A DNA stretch of 64,000 bases from Hyphomicrobiales bacterium (lineage in GTDB: Bacteria > Pseudomonadota > Alphaproteobacteria > Rhizobiales > JACESI01): assembly GCA_039989895.1 (NCBI GenBank), contig JBDXGY010000002.1:117922-181921 (forward strand). Reading direction: 5' to 3'. The stretch's first letter is position 1. Every line of letters starts with the position of its first letter. The notes under the pieces were generated by a model that was given only the letters and a program-made list of their open reading frames with translations, was not told the DNA's origin and did not search any database. The position numbers and the translations under genes were made by a program. Shown here in pieces: positions 1 to 7,509 of the stretch.

Positions 1-105
1 TTGTTCGCTAATCAGGGTCAACTACAGGATAAATAATTGAGGGGAATTATCCAATTTTCTTAGTTTGGCGAGATGATAATTGCGTGCTGGATGTGTGAGA
101 TAGAG

Positions 106-2145
106 TTACGTCCAGTAGTACGGTTCAATTACACCCTCAATAACTTCGTTGCGTGCTTGTAGTCGTTTGCGATGGTCAGTTTCGTTGGCATCTTTTGTAA
201 TATCTACGAAGTTACTGTTCGACTTGGTAGATGCCGTTTCTTTATTGGATTCAAAAGTTTCACCACTATGGTTAAAGGAAAACATACCAGCAAACCCTCG
301 TCCTTGTTCAGTCTCGCCTTCCAAGCGCCATTGCCTAAGAGCGAAGGTAATCATAGCTTCTTCACGCAAGTCACATACAGTTTTTATCAAAGCAATGGAG
401 GCATTTGGAGCGATCGTGTTTTTATTAAATCTGTTTCTAGTGGCTCCAAATCTTTTATCATTGCGTTCTTGAAGTGTTTTTACAAAATCTTGAGCCTTAT
501 TTATAAGGCTTGGTAGTTTTTCATTTTGTCGAAGTAACGTTATGTCTGCGTTTTTTAATTTATGTGCTTTTTTGTCTAGTGTGTCTTTGCCGGAAGAAAT
601 ATTCAGGGCATGCGGTAGTAACATTAAGTTGCCAAGCCGCCGAATTTGTTGACTATCGCGATACGTTTTTACAGAGTGATCGTCCGCCTTTTGCGGCCAA
701 ATATGCTCTATTGATAAATAGTCATTGGTACGATCTGATTTTGCATATTTTGTCGATAGACGCCCAAAATCAAAGCTTTGGCGGTCAAGTAAGGATTCTT
801 CAAAACAAGCAAGGAAGTATCGACGCCATGGCCAAGTATAGAAATCATAATTCGCATCATCATCTAGGGTTAGTGACTTTACAATAGTCGACAATCCATC
901 TTTTTGTTCATTGGTGACAAGCTCCGTTAAATCCCCAATCAATTGTTGATCTGTTTGCTTAGTTCGAAAATAATCATAAGCAAGCGTATGAAGCCTGACA
1001 TTGTAACTGTCTGAGCGTGCAGCTCGGTCTGGTAGACCATAAAGACGAAAATTTGTTTTTTCTATTGCAGTCAAAACAGGTGCGTCTTTGTGGTCATCCT
1101 TCCGCCTAAACTGTCGCGCAAAAATCAGCGGAAGAACACCTGTGATACTCTCATGATGATTAAGAAGTGTAAGCGCTCTCAATATTGGGTTTTTTGGGTC
1201 CGTATTACTTGCATTCCGAAGATTTTGATAGGTCTGAAAGTTGGCTTCCAAAAACTTTACAAAGGTTTGGAATTCTTCATATTTGTTTTCCTCAGCTGGT
1301 AATTCACGGGCCACAATTGTAAAATCAGTCTCCCCTGCATTTCTACGACCCGGTTTAAATTGAGCTACAACAGTGGCACGTAAAACAGCGTCAGTATCAG
1401 CGTCAGTGAACTCTGCATCTCCTGCAATTTGCTGAATTTTACGCCAAATTTCATTCACATTTGGCGATTTCCATTTGTTGACTGCCCCGACATAGATCAA
1501 ATGGTTTTTAACCAAATCCATCTGGGTTAGAGGTTTGCCACGATTATTGATTGTTTCAAAAACCTTAGCGACTTCATTCTCATCTTGGAGGATGAAAAGG
1601 ATAAACTTAAAATGCTTTTCTAAGAGCGTGAGCAGGTCCTTAGCGTCTGAGGTGTTATTTAAGATCCATTTATCTATCTGCTTAACTGCATCATCATAGT
1701 TTTGTTGAGCAATGGTTTTAATATCACTACGCAATCCGTTATTTAATAGATCTGTGTATGTTTCTGCATCCATGGACTGGGGAGTGAACCGGACAGAACC
1801 AAGAGTGCTTAGGAACGTTTTTTTGCCGATTTTTCGACAAAGACAAGAATGCAATAATGTTAAAGTTGTCAGGCGCTGTTGGCCATCAACCACATAAAAA
1901 TCTTCCTGATTTTCATCGCGCATCGTGCAAATTATTGTTCCGCAGAAATGAGACGCGTTTGCATTTTCTTTCACGAGCAACGCAAGTTTGTCGATATCAG
2001 TTAATAGATCAGCTCTTTGGTCATTTTCCCAATTGTAGGGGCGCTGGTAATCGGGAATATGAAATTTTCGATTCTCACCGAATATTTCCGGAAAAGTCAC
2101 CAAAGTAGCATCTGGTAAATTATCATATGAGTTCATTACAGACAC
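106..2145 (-). CDS. GmrSD-family (type IV restriction-like) endonuclease: N-terminal DUF262/ParB-like NTPase domain plus C-terminal DUF1524 His-Me finger nuclease domain
   Basis: 679-aa ORF. DUF262 hallmarks: IPDYQRPYNWE, VVDGQQRLTTL, FETINNRGKPLTQMDLVKN. DUF1524-type motifs: SIEHIWPQ ... LGNLMLLPHALNISSGK. Purine-rich gaggtg lies just upstream of the ATG. Confidence 0.8.
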   Translation of the reverse strand: MSVMNSYDNLPDATLVTFPEIFGENRKFHIPDYQRPYNWENDQRADLLTDIDKLALLVKENANASHFCGTIICTMRDENQEDFYVVDGQQRLTTLTLLHSCLCRKIGKKTFLSTLGSVRFTPQSMDAETYTDLLNNGLRSDIKTIAQQNYDDAVKQIDKWILNNTSDAKDLLTLLEKHFKFILFILQDENEVAKVFETINNRGKPLTQMDLVKNHLIYVGAVNKWKSPNVNEIWRKIQQIAGDAEFTDADTDAVLRATVVAQFKPGRRNAGETDFTIVARELPAEENKYEEFQTFVKFLEANFQTYQNLRNASNTDPKNPILRALTLLNHHESITGVLPLIFARQFRRKDDHKDAPVLTAIEKTNFRLYGLPDRAARSDSYNVRLHTLAYDYFRTKQTDQQLIGDLTELVTNEQKDGLSTIVKSLTLDDDANYDFYTWPWRRYFLACFEESLLDRQSFDFGRLSTKYAKSDRTNDYLSIEHIWPQKADDHSVKTYRDSQQIRRLGNLMLLPHALNISSGKDTLDKKAHKLKNADITLLRQNEKLPSLINKAQDFVKTLQERNDKRFGATRNRFNKNTIAPNASIALIKTVCDLREEAMITFALRQWRLEGETEQGRGFAGMFSFNHSGETFESNKETASTKSNSNFVDITKDANETDHRKRLQARNEVIEGVIEPYYWT

Positions 2146-2472
2146 CTCAATTTCTTTAAGATACTAGTCTAATTTACTTTTGTTATAGGAATGCCGTTAT
2201 CGTAAGCATGAGGCAAGCGCATTTACGGTAACAATGAAATTATGTGCTCATTATTTCTACTCCCACCTATTAGTTGCAATGAATGAAATCTCAAAATCAC
2301 TAAATTGGTCACGCCTCTCGCCCTACAAAAGACAAAGCAAAACAAGCACCCGTTGCGATATTGAAATTTAATGAGCTAATAGTAAACACTTCAAGCATGG
2401 TCTTGGTATCTAGAAGAACCCCTATGAAATTGATAGGCTGAACTCCAAATCACAACCAAACACCGGAAATAC

Positions 2473-4143
2473 ATGGCACGAATTTACCCTTCCAACGCTC
2501 TAGATGGCTGGCCTGCTTCGCGCCCAGCTATGCCCCATGGTCAAATTGCTGAACTGGAGACACTGGTTTTCCTTCGAGACAGTCTGCCCGCTCATTTTGT
2601 TGTTTTTCACAGCGTGCATTGGAATTTGCGACTGGGCAAAAGTTTGCATGCTAGAGAAACTGATTTTATCGTGGTCAATTCCAACGGCCGCTGTTTATTG
2701 ATTGAACAAAAAATGGGACAATTAGTTGAGCGCGGCGGTGAGCTTTACAAAGAATATTACGGTGGCAATGTCAAAGATGTTGCAACACAGATTCACGATA
2801 GTCGCGATGGTATTCGCGGGCAATTTAAGAAACAAAATAAAGGCCATGACATACGCCTTGATTACCTGCTCTATTGCCCGAACCACCACATTCAATCGTT
2901 GAATGCATCAGCCATTGAACGTGACAATATCGTGGATGGGAGCAGACGCAGTCAGCTCGCTAAAACGATCACGGATAGATTAGGTGGCGCAGCTGATCAG
3001 TCAAACGATCTTGGCAAACAGGCTATACGTTTTTTCAAACAAACCATGACCATGTCACCCGATGTCTCATCGATGCAGGCACGACATGAAAATCGTTTTG
3101 TTGAACTTTCAGGTCAAGCGCTAGAAATTGTCGAATCTATTGAAATGACGCCGTTGCGGCTAAAGGTCAACGGAACGGCTGGGTGCGGCAAAACCCAAAT
3201 GGCTATGCGTTTTTTAGAACGCGCTCTTGAAACGGGTAAAAAGCCTTTATTTGTTTGTTACAATCATTCTTTGAAAGACCACATCGCAACGTTGATGGAT
3301 GAGCGGATTTCCATGAAGACAATGCATGGCTTAATCCATGAATTTTGCAGCCGTGATGATGTTGATATTGATTATAAGCCTGGCAACAAAACTAATGAAG
3401 AATGGCGTATGCTGATTGATGAAGTGGTTCTCAATACCAATGATGAACATGAAGAGTTTGACTTCCTAATTGTAGATGAAGGACAAGATCTTGGTATTGA
3501 CGGGTTCGAGTTCATCAATCTTTTTATAAAAGACGATGCCGATATCGTTTGGCTGGAAGATCTAGATCAAAATCTAGGGCAATCTTTTGGTAAGCCCTTT
3601 CTAAGGGATGATTTTGTGAGCATCAGCCTTACAAGAAACTATCGAAGTCCTGTTTCTGTTTTTCAACTCATTGATCGGGTTTTCCCTGAGCGCACGACCC
3701 TTGGCAATTCCTTGCCCGGCTTGGGTTATGGCTTGCACGGCTACAAAAAAGCCGAAGATCAAATCTCGATGGTTGAAGCCATCATCAAGAAACACACTGC
3801 ATCTGGCGCTAAACCGCAAGATATCGCAATCGTCAGTTTAAAGGGCATGGGCAGTAGTAGTTTCAAGGATATAGAAGAACTTGGCAAACACACCATTCGG
3901 CGCTTTAACGGACAATATGCTGAGGGTGAACAGGTCTACACACAAGGGGATATTACCTTTGAAACCATTCGAAGGTTCAAAGGCCAGCAGGCTCCGTTTG
4001 TTATCCTAGTTGATGTGGAACCTGATATTGACCGCTCATGGTCAATGAATGCCCTATTTTGCGGTATGACGCGAGCGACTATGCATCTGGATGTTGTCGG
4101 CAATGAAAAGAATGACTTTAACAAGGAAAATTTTAAGCTGTGA
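2473..4143 (+). CDS. NERD-domain nuclease fused to an SF1 (UvrD/RecD-like) helicase
   Basis: 556-aa ORF. N-terminal NERD-like block (ETDFIVVNSNGRCLLIEQK). Walker A GTAGCGKTQ, motif II LIVDEGQD, TRNYRS, and C-terminal RRFKGQQAPFVILVD and GMTRAT (motif VI-like). Confidence 0.75.
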   Translation: MARIYPSNALDGWPASRPAMPHGQIAELETLVFLRDSLPAHFVVFHSVHWNLRLGKSLHARETDFIVVNSNGRCLLIEQKMGQLVERGGELYKEYYGGNVKDVATQIHDSRDGIRGQFKKQNKGHDIRLDYLLYCPNHHIQSLNASAIERDNIVDGSRRSQLAKTITDRLGGAADQSNDLGKQAIRFFKQTMTMSPDVSSMQARHENRFVELSGQALEIVESIEMTPLRLKVNGTAGCGKTQMAMRFLERALETGKKPLFVCYNHSLKDHIATLMDERISMKTMHGLIHEFCSRDDVDIDYKPGNKTNEEWRMLIDEVVLNTNDEHEEFDFLIVDEGQDLGIDGFEFINLFIKDDADIVWLEDLDQNLGQSFGKPFLRDDFVSISLTRNYRSPVSVFQLIDRVFPERTTLGNSLPGLGYGLHGYKKAEDQISMVEAIIKKHTASGAKPQDIAIVSLKGMGSSSFKDIEELGKHTIRRFNGQYAEGEQVYTQGDITFETIRRFKGQQAPFVILVDVEPDIDRSWSMNALFCGMTRATMHLDVVGNEKNDFNKENFKL

Positions 4144-4303
4144 TGAAAATCTACCTATTTTAAATTTGGCAATGATCTATGTAGGCCGAATCCACAAAAT
4201 TTGGGTCTGGGCATTACATAAAAATTACCATAAACAATAAATGGCATGAGTAATAAAGTGGCGAATAATCAGTTAGTCCGTCCTCAGAGGGTTATGGATG
4301 GAT

Positions 4304-4350
4304 TGCAGCTTAGATTAAGCGAGAGTTTGGCTCATTTGGTTTTATGCCAT
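4304..4350. mobile_element. Solo terminal remnant resembling the orfB-proximal end of the neighbouring IS3-family element
   Basis: tgcagcttagattaagcgagagtttggctcatttggttttatgcc aligns with the IS3 end at 5927-5975 (tgcctaaactaagagagagttcggctcatcttgttggtttcattatgc). The core aagNgagagttYggctcat matches 17/19. Same orientation as the intact copy. Confidence 0.45.
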
Positions 4351-5786
4351 CAAGCTGCATTATTGGTCTGCTCAATAAATCTAAGGATGCAAACCATGGC
4401 CAGTGTATCAAGCTTGCAATATTCTAATAACGCGTTCCGTAATGCCTTGCGTTTTGTTTGATCAGTTTCGTCTAACATCTTTTTCCAAGCATCCATCGCC
4501 GAAGTGCCGTCAGCAACATCCATACCTTCATACGATAATTCAGGAACCACAATTGGAAGAACTTTTTTAATGGAGGTTGATCCGCCAAAACTACTATCGA
4601 CATAGCCCGTTTTGAAGACATCCATTAGGTCTACAGTTCGATCGATTAAGTTGAATAAAAACTCTGCCTTGTCAGGATAGAGAGCAGCCATTTTCTTATT
4701 TTGACTGTTTTCAAAACCTTTGTTCCAAACAATGACGGAACCTGTGGGTCCGATTACATTTTGCATTTTCTCGATCAGTGCTAATGGGAGTTCTGGTTGG
4801 TTTGCCAAAAACTCATGATGTTCGATTACGCCATCCTCTTGCTGAACATGAAGAGAAAATTGGAAGGGTAACTGAGCTTGGGGACTAGTACCATCAACAA
4901 TGGGAATTGCTGATGCATAGGTCTCGTAATCAAGGTGATAGAGCGGGTATGTGAGCACGCCTATGAAGTTTTCAATATCTGCTAAGTCTACATATGGTTC
5001 ACCAGCTAAATGGGACTTCAAAACGGGGCGCTGTAAGCTTGTGACTTCGTCAATAGATATATCATTCAAACTGAACCGCCCTTCAGCAACAAATGCCTCC
5101 CGCTTTTTTGCTGACAACCGGGGCAAATTGTAAATTGATGGTTTGGGGATTTGTGGATTGAAATAGTCAAAGCTGTCGCAATGATGTGACTTGCTGAGAT
5201 GCAAACAGGTACATCCAGTTTCATCGATCTTATCTAATTTTAAAAGTGATAATGCGTTGGCAATTTCATTTTCAGTTTCTGGTATTAGCGCTTTAACACG
5301 AACGGTAACGTCAGCAAACGTTAAGAACTCTGCTGGTTCGATCTTACCACGCCTTACATATTTACCGTTCAAATGGACGATGAGAATATTTCGTACATTC
5401 TTGCCTGTTTGTTTGGCTGCAATAGTTTGGAAGGCGGCGTCTTTTAGTTGATTGTGCGGATTATTATCTTTGACGCTTGTTGAAGATTTGATTTCGAATA
5501 GATCAATTGATCCATCTTCATTCTGTAAAACCATATCAGCTTTTGCATAAAGACCACCGTCAGTTTCAAATTCTTGCTGGAATGAGTAATGAGAAGTATT
5601 TGAAAAACTAGATATCAATCGCTGAACATAGGCTTCAACGAGATATCCTTCAGCAGCAAGCTTCTTGGCGTATTCAGAGAACTCACCATGCGGATATTGA
5701 TCTGATTTATTCAACATCAGCCAAAGCGATTTAGAGCAATTTAAATATTGCATAAAATGCGTTTTACTGATGGTTTCGTTGTTCAT
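4350..5786 (-). CDS. DUF2779-family protein: Cas4-like PD-(D/E)xK nuclease half plus DEDDy-type exonuclease-like half
   Basis: 478-aa ORF. The N-terminus SKTHFMQYLNCSKSLWL is typical of DUF2779 proteins. DLFEIKSS nuclease core. Four Cys (C17 ... CTC ... HHC). C-terminal motifs HLDYET, WNKGFE and YCKLD. Confidence 0.7.
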   Translation of the reverse strand: MNNETISKTHFMQYLNCSKSLWLMLNKSDQYPHGEFSEYAKKLAAEGYLVEAYVQRLISSFSNTSHYSFQQEFETDGGLYAKADMVLQNEDGSIDLFEIKSSTSVKDNNPHNQLKDAAFQTIAAKQTGKNVRNILIVHLNGKYVRRGKIEPAEFLTFADVTVRVKALIPETENEIANALSLLKLDKIDETGCTCLHLSKSHHCDSFDYFNPQIPKPSIYNLPRLSAKKREAFVAEGRFSLNDISIDEVTSLQRPVLKSHLAGEPYVDLADIENFIGVLTYPLYHLDYETYASAIPIVDGTSPQAQLPFQFSLHVQQEDGVIEHHEFLANQPELPLALIEKMQNVIGPTGSVIVWNKGFENSQNKKMAALYPDKAEFLFNLIDRTVDLMDVFKTGYVDSSFGGSTSIKKVLPIVVPELSYEGMDVADGTSAMDAWKKMLDETDQTKRKALRNALLEYCKLDTLAMVCILRFIEQTNNAA

Positions 5787-5968
5787 TCGAAATCTGAAAA
5801 CCGTGTCATCTTTTTCTAAGGGAAAATTTTTGTTAGTTAATTATAGATCATTATATTAACATTTAAAAATAACTCTAAATTTTACAAGCCTCACTGTCCG
5901 TCGTCAGGGTTTTTGGAACCAAGGTCTGCCTAAACTAAGAGAGAGTTCGGCTCATCTTGTTGGTTTCA

Positions 5969-6949
5969 TTATGCGGCATATTGTCTGTGATGCAAGCGCC
6001 GCTGTTCGATCGTTTTCCGTTTGATCCTTTCGCGTTGTTGTAGAATGTCTTTGTCCCGTCCGAAGTAGACGTCGGCGGGTGTGACGTTGTTCAGGCTCTC
6101 GTGATAACGCTGATGGTTGTAATGGTCGATGAAGGCTTCGATCTGGGCTTCGAGATCGCCGGGCAGGAAGTAATTTTCTAGCAGTATGCGGTTCTTCAAG
6201 GTTTGGTGCCACCGTTCGATTTTGCCTTGGGTTTGAGGATGATACGGCGCACCTCGAGAGTGTTTCATGCCTTTGTCCTGCAGCCATTCAGCTAATTCCC
6301 CCGAGACGTAGCTAGAACCGTTGTCACTGAGGAGGCGAGGTTTGTGAACGACGTGGACTTGATCGCATCCTGATGCATCTAAAGCCAAGTCCAATGTGTC
6401 CGTCACGTCTTGGGTTCTCATGTTTGTGCAGAGTTTCCACGAGATGATGTAGCGGCTGTAGTCATCCAAGATCGTGCTGAGATAAAACCAACCCCAGCCA
6501 AGCACTTTGAGATAGGTGAAGTCCGTCTGCCAAAGTTGATTGATAGCTGTGGTCTTGTCTTTGAACTCGCTGGCGGCTTTTATCACGATGAAGGCTGGGC
6601 TGGTGATCAGATCATGGGCCTTAAGTATCCGATACACAGAAGCTTCTGATACAAAATAGCGCTCTCAGTCTGTGAATGTCACCGCAAGCTCCCGTGGTGA
6701 TAACTCTGCTTCCTTTAATGCAAGTGTGACGACCTTCGCACGCACCTCGTCTGGGATACGGTTCCACACGTGTTTTGGTTTGGGGGATTGATCTTGCAAT
6801 CCAGCCTCACCACGTTGCAGATACCGATCATACCAACGGTAGAATGTGGTGCGGGGAATGCCCAGCTTGGCCAGTGTCTGACGCGTTGACAGATGTGACC
6901 CTTCGACCAGATCGATGATCTCCAGCTTTTCAGATGCAGCGTACCTCAT
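5969..6949 (-). pseudogene. IS3-family transposase OrfB (HTH_21-like plus rve/DDE integrase core) split by an in-frame TGA
   Basis: The two track ORFs (6665..6949 and 5969..6637) are in the same frame. The minus-strand reading is ...TFTD TGA ERYFVSEASVYRILKAHD..., with the stop at 6665-6667. DDE-core motifs: WQTDFTY, LLSDNGSSY, PYHPQTQGKIERWH. Confidence 0.8.
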
Positions 6950-7320
6950 TCGTGGTCGCCCCCATCCCCTGTCATGCTTTTTTTGAGAAGGCGCAATTCC
7001 AGCGTCTGCTCGGCCACAACTTCCTTCAGATCATGCGCTTCACGGCGCAAGTCTTTGACCTCGTCCGTCGTGGCTGCACGCACTGTATCACCGGCAAGCC
7101 GCCGTTTGCCAGCTTCCATGAAATCCTTGGACCATTTGTAGTAGATGCCCTGAGAGATGCCCTCACGTCGACAAAGCTCAGCTATGCTGTCTTCGCCACG
7201 CAACCCGTCCAAAACAAACCTGATCTTCTCTTCGGACGAATAATGCTTGCGCGTCGCACGTTTGATGTCTTTGACTATCTTTTCGCCAGGGCTTTTACGT
7301 GTTCCAGTTGTTTGTCTCAT
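6946..7320 (-). CDS. IS3-family transposase OrfA (HTH plus leucine-zipper-like region)
   Basis: MRQTTGTRKSPGEK...SIAELCRREGISQGIYYKWSKDF...LELRLLKK. The ATG at 7320 is preceded by GAGGAG. The upstream part of the track ORF (to 7368) runs into the IR and is probably not translated. Confidence 0.85.
   Translation of the reverse strand: MRQTTGTRKSPGEKIVKDIKRATRKHYSSEEKIRFVLDGLRGEDSIAELCRREGISQGIYYKWSKDFMEAGKRRLAGDTVRAATTDEVKDLRREAHDLKEVVAEQTLELRLLKKSMTGDGGDHE
6978..6984 (-). promoter_or_regulatory. A7 slippery run for programmed -1 frameshifting (or transcriptional slippage) joining OrfA to OrfB
   Basis: The minus strand reads CTC AAA AAA AGC near the orfA 3' end. The -1 frame from here is open (KKHDRGWGRPR) and runs into the orfB ATG at 6949. 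The orfA stop and orfB start overlap as ATGA. Confidence 0.7.
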
Positions 7321-7414
7321 CTTCCACTCCTCAGTGGTTACGATGAGCCAAGAACACTCTCTTAGCAATTTACCCTATTTGGACCCATAGGCGCTGACGT
7401 CAGACAATTTAAAT

Positions 7415-7422
7415 TAATTTAT
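7415..7422. repeat. Target-site duplication (left copy) of the IS1595-family element
   Basis: TAATTTAT immediately outside IRL, identical to 9550-9557. Confidence 0.8.
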
Positions 7423-7509
7423 GGGGGCTATATATTTAGCTAGCCATTAGCCTTTTATGTTGAAATTGGGCGGCATTGAGCCGCCCATGACAGGGAACAG
7501 AAGGATAGG

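Larger units (their letters stand above)
5927..7367 (-). mobile_element. IS3-family insertion sequence (orfA/orfB, A7 slippery run, imperfect terminal inverted repeats); orfB interrupted
   Basis: Terminal IRs: tgcctaaactaagagagagttcggctcatc (left) versus the reverse complement of the right end, tgctaagagagtgttcttggctcatc. TG...CA ends. IS3-type OrfA and rve-type OrfB. No clear target-site duplication seen. Boundaries are good to a few bp only. Confidence 0.85.

Noticed and set aside
1-36. Possible 3' end of a plus-strand gene (…LFANQGQLQDK stop at 34-36) entering from the left edge.
   Set aside because: Only 11 codons are visible, so nothing can be supported.
7394-7403. Perfect 10-bp palindrome CTGACGTCAG in the 47-bp spacer between the IS3 and IS1595 elements.
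   Set aside because: A single short palindrome with no partner sites or adjacent promoter or gene. Likely chance.
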